DNA of 64,000 nt from Nitrospirota bacterium (lineage in GTDB: Bacteria; Nitrospirota; Thermodesulfovibrionia; Thermodesulfovibrionales; Dissulfurispiraceae), in NCBI GenBank assembly GCA_963710375.1, contig CAVPZX010000006.1, forward strand, positions 32,001-96,000, read 5' to 3'. Both the position numbers and the translations under genes were made by a program. Numbering within the stretch: the stretch's first letter is position 1; every line of letters starts with the position of its first letter. The notes under the pieces were generated by a model, which saw only the letters and a program-made list of their open reading frames with translations, searched no databases and was not told the DNA's origin. This document shows, in pieces, positions 9,788-20,088 of this stretch.

Positions 9788-9983
9788 TAATCCACAGTAT
9801 TCATAAATTAATACAAGGAGCAATCAGGCCACAGTGCTTCACTCATTCTCGCAAGGCATCCAGCCTTGCTCCGAGGCTGTGACAGCCTGTGTCACCATCC
9901 TTGGTGTCACTTAGGCTGTCAAAGTCCGCTCAGCACCATGTCCCGCCTGCTCCTTGTATTAATTTATAAATACTGTGATTTTA
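9788..9983. mobile_element. ~190-bp non-autonomous inverted-repeat element (family B), copy 1
   Basis: 30-bp terminal inverted repeats with 1 mismatch; near-identical second copy at 50082-50267. Confidence 0.75.
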
Positions 9984-11499
9984 TTATGTCTTCTTTTTTT
10001 CCCTTTGCAATTATTCTCCCTTTTTCCAAAACCATAATGTGGGTAATCATGGAAACTATTTCATCAGGATGATGGGTCGCCATGATGAGCGCCACTCCCG
10101 AGCGTGCAGCCTGCGCAATGATTGAAAGGAATCCTGCGCGCGCAGCACCATCCAGACCGCTGCACGGCTCGTCTACGATGAGCATGTCAGGGCTATTGAC
10201 CATAGCACGTGCAATAAGGATTTTTTTTTGTTCCCCATATGACATTTCCGATAAGAGCTTGTCACTGAGATGCTGCAGCTGAAAAAAATCTATCCAATAT
10301 CGGGCTTTCTCCATCTGGTGTGATGTCGCTGTATCATACAATCCGACGCTTGAGAAAAAGCCTGACACCACCGCATCGATTCCTTTGACATTGTAAGCGT
10401 AATCCCGCTGCAATTCAGGAGAAACAATTCCGATCCTTTTTCGAATATCACAGATGGTCGCGCTGTCCTGTTCTCCGAACCGCTGCACTTCTCCTCCAAG
10501 GGCAGGGTATAAATCGCCGGCTATCAGTTTGAGCAGAGTAGATTTGCCGGCCCCGTTTCTGCCGATGATTGCCCAATGCTCTGCCTTGCGCATGACCCAG
10601 GAAATATCGTTCAATATTTTTTTGTGCTTTATAAAAACGTCTGCATGCCTTATTTTTATCAAGAAGTTGCCCCTTCTTTTCCGGCGGCCTGAAGGCGGCT
10701 GGAGTTCGGTCATGTCACTTGCGGAAGCATAGTGCATGTGCTCTCCCGCAAGTACAGAATCTTTTTCGCCTTGTTCAATTATTTTACCGTGCTCCATTAT
10801 TAGGACATGGGTGATGGATGGAATTAGTTCTTCTACACGGTGCGTTGCATAGAGTACAGGAGTGCCGGTTGCAGCTATTTCTTCGACCATATGCAGCAGT
10901 TTTCTCCTGGAAGAGAAATCAAGGCCGTTGCAGGGCTCGTCAAGGGCTAGAACTGCAGGGCGCGCAACCAAGGCCCGCGCGATCAGGATTTTCCTCGCTT
11001 CGCCCTGTGACATTTCGAGAAAATCCTTATTGCCGAGATTGTCCAGTCCCATTGTGAAGAGCAATTTTTCTGCTGCGGTTTTCTGCTCCTCTGTCGGGTC
11101 CTGATGCAGCCAGGCACTGTCAAAAAAACCGGTGTACACCACCTCGCGGCCGCTCATGTTCCACTGGTGGCGGTGGTAGGTGTCTTGCAGTTCGGCAGAA
11201 ACCAGCGCTATGCGGTTTTTTATGCCGATCGGGCTTTCCTGGACAGCGCTATCAAATTTGTATAGCCGCTTACCCGGGCTCCCTGGGTCAAGCCATAATT
11301 CACCCCTGATGAGTCTCAGAAGCGTGGATTTACCGGCGCCGTTGCCGCCGATAACTGCCCAGTGCTCGTCTCGCCTGATCTGCCAGGTTATGCCTGACAA
11401 AAGCGTGCGCCCTTGAATCTTGACGCTGGCGTTGCTTAAGGAAATGATGAAATCGTTGTTTAAGTGTTCGTTTTTTTTCATTTCATACGCATGCCCCAA
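9964..11499 (-). CDS. ModF-like ABC ATPase with two nucleotide-binding domains
   Basis: Walker A motifs GGNGAGKS and GRNGAGKS; signatures MSQGE and MSYGE; LDEP and VDEP. Confidence 0.88.
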   Translation of the reverse strand: MGHAYEMKKNEHLNNDFIISLSNASVKIQGRTLLSGITWQIRRDEHWAVIGGNGAGKSTLLRLIRGELWLDPGSPGKRLYKFDSAVQESPIGIKNRIALVSAELQDTYHRHQWNMSGREVVYTGFFDSAWLHQDPTEEQKTAAEKLLFTMGLDNLGNKDFLEMSQGEARKILIARALVARPAVLALDEPCNGLDFSSRRKLLHMVEEIAATGTPVLYATHRVEELIPSITHVLIMEHGKIIEQGEKDSVLAGEHMHYASASDMTELQPPSGRRKRRGNFLIKIRHADVFIKHKKILNDISWVMRKAEHWAIIGRNGAGKSTLLKLIAGDLYPALGGEVQRFGEQDSATICDIRKRIGIVSPELQRDYAYNVKGIDAVVSGFFSSVGLYDTATSHQMEKARYWIDFFQLQHLSDKLLSEMSYGEQKKILIARAMVNSPDMLIVDEPCSGLDGAARAGFLSIIAQAARSGVALIMATHHPDEIVSMITHIMVLEKGRIIAKGKKEDIIKSQYL

Positions 11500-11559
11500 T
11501 ATTTTTTAATTATACATGGAAACACATCCTTCAGTTCTAACTACTCACAACTGCGAGAT

Positions 11560-11586
11560 TAAACCTTTTACAAAGTTCCCCGATAA
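11560..11586 (+). promoter_or_regulatory. Putative sigma28 (FliA) promoter
   Basis: TAAA-N15-CCCGATAA versus the consensus TAAA-N15-GCCGATAA. Confidence 0.6.
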
Positions 11587-11605
11587 CGATATTAATTAGG
11601 ATTGC

Positions 11606-11685
11606 GCCTTGTGCTGTGAAATCTGAACCTTGAGCCGCTTAGCGGAAGGAGGTAACTATCAGATACAGGCTTTTTTTTCTTTTTT
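11606..11685 (+). other. Long imperfect hairpin with a poly-T tail (terminator, attenuator or sRNA)
   Basis: Nested pairs GCCT(T)GT/ACAGGC, ATCTGA/TCAGAT, CCTT/AAGG and CCGC/GCGG, followed by T8. Confidence 0.5.
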
Positions 11686-11773
11686 CCCATAGCCGGGAAA
11701 GCGCTTTTGTTTTACGCGAAAAGGGTCAGGGATTCATCTGCTCTTACGGAATCCCTTCGATTGCCGTGATAAG

Positions 11774-14024
11774 ATGAGGCTCTCCTTAAGAACAAAGGTG
11801 ACGGCCTTTGTCACTACTATAGTAGTAATTGTGAGCCTTGTCAGCACATCCTACCTTATATTAGCTCACAAACACAGCATCGAAAGGGAAATCGTTGCCA
11901 GGGGAGTTGCGCTGACTGAGTCGCTTTCGAGGGCTGTATCTAATGGGCTTGCCTCTAAAAACCTGGAATTAATAAAAGAAGTTTCGGCTATCGTTCATAC
12001 CAGTGATGTTGTACTGGCCCAGGTGTACTCATCCCTGTGGTTGCCGGTAGATGCATATCCTTTTAAGCAACTTAACGAACCTCCGGACCCTGCTGCATTA
12101 AGTCACTTTAAAACGAGCGAGGGTTCTTTTTACGAATATCACGGTCAATGGCTCGATTTCTATTCTCCGGTGTTTTATAAGCCGCTCGGTGAAGCCGATA
12201 ACGGAAACGTTGTAATAGGTTATGTGAGACTCAGGCTTTCGACCCAACAGTCAAAACAGTCGATGGGGGAGGCCATCAATAAGAGCTTACTCTTCTCTTT
12301 TGGGATGACGCTAATTGCCTTTGTTTCCCTTAATTTGTTTATTGATAAGTACGTGCTCAGGCCCCTCTTAAAGCTTCATGAGTCGGTGTCAAAACATATA
12401 GAAGGTGAGTTCCCGGAAAGTGTTCCTATTTACTCGGGGGATGAAATAGGGGAGCTTTCCTTGGAATTCAACCGGATGAGTCTTGCCCTTAAAGAAAGAG
12501 AAGAGAGGCTCGCAGACGAGAAGGAACGCCTTGCGGTGACTCTTCGCAGCATCGGCGATGCGGTGATCGTTACCGATGTAGATGGTATGATCACCTTAAT
12601 TAACAAAGTAGCAGAACAGCAGACCGGATGGGCCGCTCATGAAGCACTTGGCAAACATCTCAGCGTGGTGTTCAACATTATCAATGAAAAGACCCGTGAG
12701 CTCTGCGAAAATCCTGTGGATAAGGTCCTGAAAACAGGCCTGATAACAGGTCTCACCAACCATACGGTTTTAATAAGGAAAGACGGCACAGAAATAATAA
12801 TCGAAGACAGCGCTGCTCCCATAAAACATCGGAACAGCGCAACAATAGGTATTGTCATTGTGTTCCGTGATGTCACGGAAAAGCGGCGGATGGAAAATGA
12901 ACTTCTGAAGATGGAGAAGCTGGAATCCGTCGGGCTGCTTGCAGGGGGCATAGCTCATGACTTTAACAATGTCCTTACCTCTGTGGTAGGCAACATCAGT
13001 TTGGCAAAAAAGCATATCGATAACGAAAATATCGCATATGAAAGATTGGTAAAGGCCGAGAAGGCATCCCAGAGGGCAACTGATTTGGCCTATCGTTTGC
13101 TCACTTTTTCGAAGGGCGGGGAACCGGTCAGAGAGTCAGCCTCAATAGTCGAAATCCTTAAGGAGTCGTCGGATTTTGGTCTTTCCGGGAGCCATATAGC
13201 ATCCGAGTTTATGATTTCGGAAGACATCTGCAATGTTGATGTCGATGCGGGCCAGATGAGCCAGGTTTTTAGTAATCTTATCATCAATGCGGTTCAGGCG
13301 ATGCCTCACGGCGGCAAGATAATATATAGAGTGAGCAATGTATTGATGGAGGGGTATAAAATACCTGGTCTAGAAGACGGCACCTACGTACAGACTCTCT
13401 GTTAAGGATACCGGGACAGGCATACCGAAAGAGGATATCCCGAGGATCTTTGACCCATATTTTACTACGAAGCCGGAAGGAAGCGGGCTCGGTCTTGCTT
13501 CGGTCTACTCGATTATCAAAAGACACTCCGGGCACATTACCGTTGAATCGAAACAGGGTATGGGAACAACATTCCATATATTTCTGCCGGTATCGGGAAG
13601 CAAGTCTGTTTGCACTATTTCTGAAGAACAAAGCACAACCCAGGGGCATGGGAAAGTGCTTGTTATGGACGATGAGAAGATTGTGAGGGATGTTTCAGGA
13701 GAAATGTTAAAATCCCTGGGATATGAAGTCGAACTTGCTAGTGATGGCACAGAAGCCATTCAGATGTATCAAAGTGCCTTGGAAGCCAGGACACCCTTTG
13801 ATGTTGTTATAATGGACCTTACAATACCGGGAGGCACAGGAGGGAGAGAGGCAATTCAAAAACTCCGCAGCATTGATCCTGATGTTAAAGCGATTGTGTC
13901 AAGCGGTTATTCTAACGATCCTGTAATGGCAGATTTCAGGGAATACGGTTTCAGGGGTGTAATAATAAAACCGTACAGGATCGAAGGTTTCAGCAGAACT
14001 CTGCAAGAAGTAATGACTGCCTGA
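11774..14024 (+). CDS. Membrane hybrid sensor kinase (HAMP-PAS-HisKA-HATPase-REC), +1 frameshift at 13394
   Basis: AGGIAHDFNN H-box and NLIINA N-box. After correction: QLSVKDTGTG...FDPYFTTK...GSGLGL, in frame with the receiver ORF 13560-14024. Confidence 0.88.
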
Positions 14025-14031
14025 CTTAATA

Positions 14032-14409
14032 TTAATGGCAAATGTTTTTTTCGAGGGCTTCTCCTGCTGTTCCCGGGCGGATATTCCTCCAGAGTGCGCC
14101 CGGGGTCTGGATTGACCGGCCATCCCGGAGGAGTGTCCTGAGTTCAGTGGCGTGATGCATTTTTTTAAAGCAGTCGATTTCCATTAGATTCACCGATTCT
14201 TTTTCAAGAAGATTGTTTCCCGAATAGGCAATCCAGACGCGCACTCTGACTATATTGTTAGACAGATGATAGATGCTTTTGGTGTCATAATAGTACAGTG
14301 CGTTCGAGCTGTCTTTATAGTACTGCACCCATTGCTTCCCTTTTTTGCAGGAAATAAGAGCTGCGGATAAAAGACAGCAAAAGACGATTGCCTTGAAAAG
14401 CTTTTTTAT
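14032..14409 (-). CDS. Small lipoprotein (surface-adhesin-E-like fold suspected)
   Basis: KKLFKAIVFCCLLSAALISC signal with lipobox LISC; RBS AAGGAGG 9 nt before an ATA codon at 14409. Confidence 0.6.
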   Translation of the reverse strand: MKKLFKAIVFCCLLSAALISCKKGKQWVQYYKDSSNALYYYDTKSIYHLSNNIVRVRVWIAYSGNNLLEKESVNLMEIDCFKKMHHATELRTLLRDGRSIQTPGALWRNIRPGTAGEALEKNICH

Positions 14410-14413
14410 TGTG

Positions 14414-15343
14414 TTATTCCTCCTTAAACAGCCATGTCGAAAGGTATCGCTCACCGCTGTCCGGAAATACTACAACGATCAGCTTTCCACTGTTATGTTC
14501 CCTGGCCGCAATCTCCAGAGCCGCCCATAATGCTGCCCCGCTGGAGATGCCCGCAAGGATCCCTTCTTCTTTCGCAAGCCTTCTTGCACATATACCGGCA
14601 TTTTTATCGGAAACCTTTATGATCTCGTCTATAATACCCGCATTTAGCACGTCAGGGACAAAACCGGCGCCTATCCCCTGTATTTTGTGCGGTCCTGCCT
14701 GACCTCCTGACAGTACAGGAGACGTTTCAGGTTCCACCGCCACCGCCTTAAACTCTTTCTTTCTTTTCTTGATGACTTCGGCAACACCTGTTAATGTCCC
14801 GCCCGTACCGACACCTGATACCAGGAAATCGACGGCGCCATCAGTGTCTCTCCAAATTTCTTCAGCCGTTGTCAGCCTGTGTATTTCAGGATTCGAGGGG
14901 TTTCTAAACTGCTGAGGCATGAATGCACCCGGCGTGCTGTTTAGGAGTTCTTCGGCCTTTCTGATCGCGCCTTTCATACCCTCGGCGCCGGGAGTCAGGT
15001 GTAGTTCAGCGCCAAAGAACTGCAGCAACTGCCTTCTTTCCATGCTCATAGTATCGGGCATTGTGAGTATTAATTTGTATCCCTTTGCGGCAGAGGCAAA
15101 TGCAAGTGCAATACCTGTATTCCCGCTCGTCGGCTCGATAATAACCGAACCTCTCTTCAACACTCCTTTTCGTTCAGCGTTTTCTATCATAGCAACGCCG
15201 ATGCGGTCTTTAACGCTTGAAAGCGGGTTGAACGATTCCAGCTTTGCAGCTATGGTTGCGTGCATGCCCGCTGCAACACAGTTTAGTCTTACCAGGGGGG
15301 TGTTTCCCGTTGTTTTTGTGATGTCATCAAGAATCCTGGACAT
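14414..15343 (-). CDS. cysK: Cysteine synthase A
   Basis: SVKDR PLP lysine, [30 protein letters not shown]. Confidence 0.93.
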   Translation of the reverse strand: MSRILDDITKTTGNTPLVRLNCVAAGMHATIAAKLESFNPLSSVKDRIGVAMIENAERKGVLKRGSVIIEPTSGNTGIALAFASAAKGYKLILTMPDTMSMERRQLLQFFGAELHLTPGAEGMKGAIRKAEELLNSTPGAFMPQQFRNPSNPEIHRLTTAEEIWRDTDGAVDFLVSGVGTGGTLTGVAEVIKKRKKEFKAVAVEPETSPVLSGGQAGPHKIQGIGAGFVPDVLNAGIIDEIIKVSDKNAGICARRLAKEEGILAGISSGAALWAALEIAAREHNSGKLIVVVFPDSGERYLSTWLFKEE

Positions 15344-15460
15344 AAAAACCTCCGTTTTCGGTTTCGCATGAACCTTATTCATTACTATATTACCTTCTAA
15401 GCGGTATCAGCGCAAGCTTGCGGCTTCGTGGTATACTTTGAAACCGATTTTTCAATGGCA

Positions 15461-16399
15461 ATGAAAATGGCACATAACAATATTTTGGGATGCATAGGAC
15501 ATACACCGCTCATAAGAATGATGCGGATGGTTGCAGAGGATAGCGCTGAAATTTGGGCAAAGCTTGAGGGGTTCAATCCCGGAGGTTCAGTGAAGGACAG
15601 GATTGCGCTCTCCATGATCGAGGCTGCTGAAAGGGACGGGACTTTGAAACCCGGCGGGACCATCATTGAGCCCACAAGCGGCAACACCGGCATCGGCCTG
15701 GCACTGGTTGCGGTTGTGAAGGGATACCGTCTTATCCTCACTATGCCGGAAACCATGTCGATGGAAAGGAGGATGATGCTGCAGGCATACGGCGCTGAAC
15801 TTGTTTTAACGCCCGGAGAGGAGGGCATGCTGGGCGCATGGGAAAAGGCAGAAAAGATACTCAAAGGCAACCCGGGCTTTTTTCTGCCCTTACAGTTTGA
15901 AAACAGAGCAAACCCCGAGGCACACAGGAAAACGACTGCAGTTGAGATAGTGCAGGATCTGGGCAGGGTCCCGGATGCCTTTGTTGCCGGAGTCGGAACA
16001 GGTGGTACAATAACAGGCAACGGGGAAGTTTTCAAAGAAAAAAAACCTGACGTCCTGATTATAGCTGTTGAGCCTGCCGGTTCGCCTGTTCTTTCGGGCG
16101 GTGAGCCCGGGCAGCATAGAATTGCAGGTATCGGCGCCGGATTTTTAACAGGTATTCTGAATACAAAAATATTCGATGAGGTCATTCCTGTCACTGACAG
16201 CGATGCAGAGGAAACCACGAGAGAACTGGCCTTGAAGGAAGGTATACTTGCCGGCACGTCATCCGGAGCAGCCATGTGGGCTGCGATGAAGGTCGCTATG
16301 AGACTTGGCCAGGGGAAAAAGGTGGTTGTGATATTCCCTGACAGAGGCGACAGATACCTGAGCACCGGCATTTTCTCCCAAACTGAAAAATTTAGTTGA
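15461..16399 (+). CDS. cysK: Cysteine synthase, second paralogue (start codon uncertain, 15455-15467)
   Basis: [32 protein letters not shown]. Confidence 0.88.
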   Translation: MKMAHNNILGCIGHTPLIRMMRMVAEDSAEIWAKLEGFNPGGSVKDRIALSMIEAAERDGTLKPGGTIIEPTSGNTGIGLALVAVVKGYRLILTMPETMSMERRMMLQAYGAELVLTPGEEGMLGAWEKAEKILKGNPGFFLPLQFENRANPEAHRKTTAVEIVQDLGRVPDAFVAGVGTGGTITGNGEVFKEKKPDVLIIAVEPAGSPVLSGGEPGQHRIAGIGAGFLTGILNTKIFDEVIPVTDSDAEETTRELALKEGILAGTSSGAAMWAAMKVAMRLGQGKKVVVIFPDRGDRYLSTGIFSQTEKFS

Positions 16400-16703
16400 T
16401 GGAGAGAAATAAACCGAAATGCCCGTCCTCATTAAAATCGAAATGCAAAGCCTCCCTGGTAAGTACTGATGCTGAGTACGCAAGTTCAGCCAATATATCC
16501 TGCACTCCCTCAAGAGTCCGGTCTTCGGCATGATAAATTTCAAGAATGTCCACAATTTCGTCCGGGTCGCCTGTGTTATAACTCTCCAATAAAATTTTCA
16601 CGGGCCGGGTTTGCCCGCCGCTGCTCACTGTTCTTTTTTTTGCATTTCTTATCTGGTACTTCAATCGTTCCAGACAAAGACCGCATATACTTGCCGTTTC
16701 CAT
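16392..16703 (-). CDS. Hypothetical protein with an N-terminal CxxC
   Basis: RBS AAGGAG and an upstream sigma54 promoter; no family recognised. Confidence 0.65.
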   Translation of the reverse strand: METASICGLCLERLKYQIRNAKKRTVSSGGQTRPVKILLESYNTGDPDEIVDILEIYHAEDRTLEGVQDILAELAYSASVLTREALHFDFNEDGHFGLFLSIN

Positions 16704-16751
16704 ATGTCTTCACGCTCCTTGAATAATTGGTGTTAACTTTAACCTATGTAA

Positions 16752-16767
16752 AGCAATTGCAATGCCA
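16752..16767 (-). promoter_or_regulatory. sigma54 -24/-12 promoter
   Basis: TGGCATTGCAATTGCT with GG-N10-GC spacing. Confidence 0.75.
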
Positions 16768-16855
16768 GACATAACTTACTGAAATTTAAAGAAACATATA
16801 TAGTTCTAAAAGTTGTGATTGAATATAAATTAATCATAGTGTATATTATTTATAC

Positions 16856-18208
16856 ATGAAAAAGGCGTTTGAAGTAGTTTTGTTTACCATGGATGCAGCA
16901 CTGGTGGAAGAACTGTCGGGCATACTCCCGAAAGATTGCGCTGTAGTCAAGCGTGACTCCGGACTCCACAACTCATTTATCTTCTTCGATATCGATACGA
17001 TGAAGGCAGGGCTTATTAAAGAGCTGAGTCAGGATAACATCGTTATTGCGATCACAAAACAAAAGCTTACAGAGCCTGTGATGGAGGCGGTGACTTTCGG
17101 CGTATATGAGATAATCCATCGTCCACTGCAGCAGGACATCATCTTTAAACTGTTGCAAGACCTCCATGAGCTTGGCGAAGAGCTTAAACATCCAATTCCC
17201 ATCAGGAAACTACCCCCTGCGCCGACCTGTGCGATAGTGGGGAGCTCACCTATCATCATGGATGTTTGCAAAAAACTGGCCCGGTTGTCCCAGGCAGAGG
17301 TCCCTGTCCTGATCACCGGCGAAACGGGTACAGGAAAGGAGCTTATTGCAGAATCAATCGCCCAGCTTTCCTCACGCTTCGGGAAACCTTTTGTTGTCGT
17401 TAACTGCGCTGCTGTTCCGGACGCGCTTCTTGAGTCTGAGCTTTTCGGTTTTGAAAGGGGTGCGTTTACCGGTGCCCTTGCTGGAAAGGAGGGAATGCTT
17501 AAGATCGCTGATGAAGGGACGGTATTTTTTGACGAGATAGCAGAGTTGCCTCTTCCCTTGCAGGGGAAATTGCTCCGCTTTCTGCAGACGCAGACATTTT
17601 ATCCTATAGGGAGTACCAGGGAAGTGCAGGTGAATGTGCGCGTAATTTCCGCTACCAACAAGGACCTGTCCGCAATGGTGAGAGAGGGTACTTTTAGAGA
17701 GGAACTGCTTCACCGGCTTCGTGTTGCAAAAATACATATCCCGCCGCTGCGCGAACGCAGAGAAGATATTCCAGCCCTCGTCAACTTTTTTGTTAACCGT
17801 TACAGGTATACAGGGCCAAGACCGATTGAGGGGATCACAAAGGCATTTCTGAAGGAGATGCGCGCCTATGACTGGCCTGGGAATATTCGCGAGCTTGAAA
17901 ATACCATACGTTCCGCCATTGCCCTGAGCAAGAGTTACTTCCTTACTGCTCAGGAGATCAAGGAACTCGGAGACAGTCTGCAGGCATCACAGAAAAAGGG
18001 GTCTCCCGCTGAAACGCTCGGTTCTGCGATCCTCCCGATTTTAAAGCAGGCCATTGAACAAAAGGATAAGGACATCTACGAAAAGATCCACAGTGAGGTG
18101 GACAAACCGATTTTTGATTATGTTTTGTCCCGGACGCGGGAAAATCAATCTGAGGCCGCCCGCATCCTTGGCATAAACCGTTTGACCCTCAGAAAAAAGC
18201 TCAAATAA
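16856..18208 (+). CDS. sigma54-dependent enhancer-binding protein (NtrC-like, atypical receiver domain)
   Basis: GETGTGKE, GAFTGA, FFDEI, WPGNIREL and Fis-type HTH NQSEAARILGI. Confidence 0.95.
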   Translation: MKKAFEVVLFTMDAALVEELSGILPKDCAVVKRDSGLHNSFIFFDIDTMKAGLIKELSQDNIVIAITKQKLTEPVMEAVTFGVYEIIHRPLQQDIIFKLLQDLHELGEELKHPIPIRKLPPAPTCAIVGSSPIIMDVCKKLARLSQAEVPVLITGETGTGKELIAESIAQLSSRFGKPFVVVNCAAVPDALLESELFGFERGAFTGALAGKEGMLKIADEGTVFFDEIAELPLPLQGKLLRFLQTQTFYPIGSTREVQVNVRVISATNKDLSAMVREGTFREELLHRLRVAKIHIPPLRERREDIPALVNFFVNRYRYTGPRPIEGITKAFLKEMRAYDWPGNIRELENTIRSAIALSKSYFLTAQEIKELGDSLQASQKKGSPAETLGSAILPILKQAIEQKDKDIYEKIHSEVDKPIFDYVLSRTRENQSEAARILGINRLTLRKKLK

Positions 18209-18219
18209 TCCATATATTG

Positions 18220-18942
18220 CTAATCAATTTTGAGCTGTTCGAAAGCGATGAATATGCTTATCCTGCGGTTACGGCTGTCAAAAGGATTGTCTTTGATAAG
18301 AGGCCGTGTATCGGCATAGCCCACAATCTTATCGATCTTGAATGCCGGGATATTGTTTTTTTCAAGCTCTATCCTTGCTGACGAGGCACGCATAGTAGAA
18401 AGCTCCCAGTTGGTTATCTGACCGTTACCGTAAGGAGCGGAATCAGTGTGTCCTTCTATGGTGATTTTGTTCGGCAGGTCCCTGATGCCGTCTGCAACCT
18501 CTTTGAATAGTTTAATGGCCGTTACAGTTGGCCTAGCGCTGCCTGACTGAAAGAGACTTTTTTCCTTGCTGTCCATCATCTGAATCCGGACGCCATTATC
18601 CAAAACTTCCACTGCCAGGTTGTCAGACAGCGACACGGTTTTTTCTTCAATCTTTTTTTTGATTGCGTCCTTGCGCTGGTTCATTTCGCGCTCGAACAAG
18701 AACTGCATCTTGAACACTGAGGCCCGGCTCCCGTCAATGGGAGATGCCGTCTTGAAATATTCCGAGAATACGGATTTGCCGGAGTTGCTCACCAATGACA
18801 AAAGCCACATACTAAGGAAAAAGATCATCATTGACGTTATGAAGTCTGCATAGGCTATTTTCCATACGCCGCCCTCATGATGGGCGAATATCCTGCGGGA
18901 CCTCTTGATGATCTTAATTAGTTGCTGGTTTTTTGATTGCAT
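18220..18942 (-). CDS. motB: Flagellar stator protein MotB
   Basis: WKIAYADF transmembrane segment with the conserved Asp; OmpA-like EGHTD, NWELS and NRRI; true start probably MQSK at 18942. Confidence 0.92.
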   Translation of the reverse strand: MQSKNQQLIKIIKRSRRIFAHHEGGVWKIAYADFITSMMIFFLSMWLLSLVSNSGKSVFSEYFKTASPIDGSRASVFKMQFLFEREMNQRKDAIKKKIEEKTVSLSDNLAVEVLDNGVRIQMMDSKEKSLFQSGSARPTVTAIKLFKEVADGIRDLPNKITIEGHTDSAPYGNGQITNWELSTMRASSARIELEKNNIPAFKIDKIVGYADTRPLIKDNPFDSRNRRISIFIAFEQLKID

Positions 18943-19783
18943 CGAAAGCGACTTCCAGTTCTTCAAAGGTTGGCCGCAGTTCCTCGGGGATGACCCTCCT
19001 GCCAAATTCGATGGCCACCTGCGGCAGCATACCCGACACGAATGCCGTAATCGCGATTTTGACCACATTCAGGAACTCCCTTTCGTCATCTGCTATATGT
19101 TCAAGATGACGGGACAGAGGCCCGATGAAGCCGTAGCTCAACAGCACGCCCAATAAAGTGCCTATGAGTGCCACGGCAATGCTGCGGCCAATTACATCCG
19201 GAGTCTCATTCATCTTTCCCATGGTCACGATAACGCCGAGGACTGCAGCAACTATGCCCAATCCCGGCAGCGCGTCGGCTATACTTCCGACGCTCCTCGA
19301 AGGCACAACACCGCATTCATGGTGCATTTCCAGTTCGGTATCCAGAAGCTGTTCCAAATCGAACGGCGAAATATTGCTGGACAGCATTATTTTAAAAGTG
19401 TCGATGATAAACAACATGACGTAGTGTTTCTTCAACATGCCCGGGTATTTATTGAATATCTGGCTTTCGCGAGGTTCAATAAGGTCCTGCTCTATGGCCA
19501 GGAGACCATCTTTTTTTGCAGCATTAAAAAAATCCCCGAGAAGGCTTAAACATTCCAGGTAATCGGCTTTTGTGTGACCGTTGCCGACAATGGTTTTTTT
19601 CACTCCCCCTGCCACCGATATGATGACTCGCTTCGGGGCTGCCGCAATGAAACCGCCTAATGCGGCGCCGAATATTACGATAATTTCAGGAAGCTGCAGG
19701 AGAAGACGTACATTGCCGTCCTCGAGTCTGTACCCACTGACCACAGCAAACGAAACAATTAATAATCCCAGAATTGGTATCAT
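18914..19783 (-). CDS. motA: Flagellar stator protein MotA
   Basis: DGLLAIE, ADALPGLGIVAAVLG, ALIGTLLG, AIEFGRR. Confidence 0.93.
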   Translation of the reverse strand: MIPILGLLIVSFAVVSGYRLEDGNVRLLLQLPEIIVIFGAALGGFIAAAPKRVIISVAGGVKKTIVGNGHTKADYLECLSLLGDFFNAAKKDGLLAIEQDLIEPRESQIFNKYPGMLKKHYVMLFIIDTFKIMLSSNISPFDLEQLLDTELEMHHECGVVPSRSVGSIADALPGLGIVAAVLGVIVTMGKMNETPDVIGRSIAVALIGTLLGVLLSYGFIGPLSRHLEHIADDEREFLNVVKIAITAFVSGMLPQVAIEFGRRVIPEELRPTFEELEVAFDAIKKPATN

Positions 19784-19821
19784 AGTTTTTTTACCGCCCA
19801 CAGTTATGGCACAGTTAACAA

Positions 19822-19837
19822 TGCAAAGGATATGCCA
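19822..19837 (-). promoter_or_regulatory. sigma54 promoter of motAB
   Basis: TGGCATATCCTTTGCA. Confidence 0.75.
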
Positions 19838-19901
19838 GGCTAGACAAGCTACTATCCATTTGATTTATTGGTATTTCGGCGGCATGTTATACAGTATGAA
19901 A

Positions 19902-19936
19902 ATGGATTAATTCCATTGTCTATGGAGAAATTCCAT
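19902..19936. promoter_or_regulatory. Tandem palindromes, candidate upstream activator sites
   Basis: ATGGA-N5-TCCAT twice with a 20-bp period, upstream of the motA sigma54 promoter. Confidence 0.55.
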
Positions 19937-20088
19937 AATAATTTGTATTTATGATAATCTATCTTGCATATCTTACGGCCCTATTAAACGGATAATAAGC
20001 GTGTTCGCTGAGCGGTCGAGCACGAAGCTCAGCGATAGAATAGAATGAAAGATACTCCTTATATAAAGATTCCCTGCGGTCTTGCCGC

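Noticed and set aside
11606..11770. Known riboswitch (for example c-di-GMP-I) upstream of the kinase
   Set aside because: I could not find the conserved motifs by eye; kept only as an unassigned structure
18220..19783. motAB as Zorya ZorAB defence genes
   Set aside because: MotA is normal length with no long ZorA tail, flagellar stator motifs are canonical, and no zorC/D/E is adjacent
20005..20035. REP-like 9-bp stem TCGCTGAGC/GCTCAGCGA
   Set aside because: Single occurrence in the window; cannot be assigned to a family
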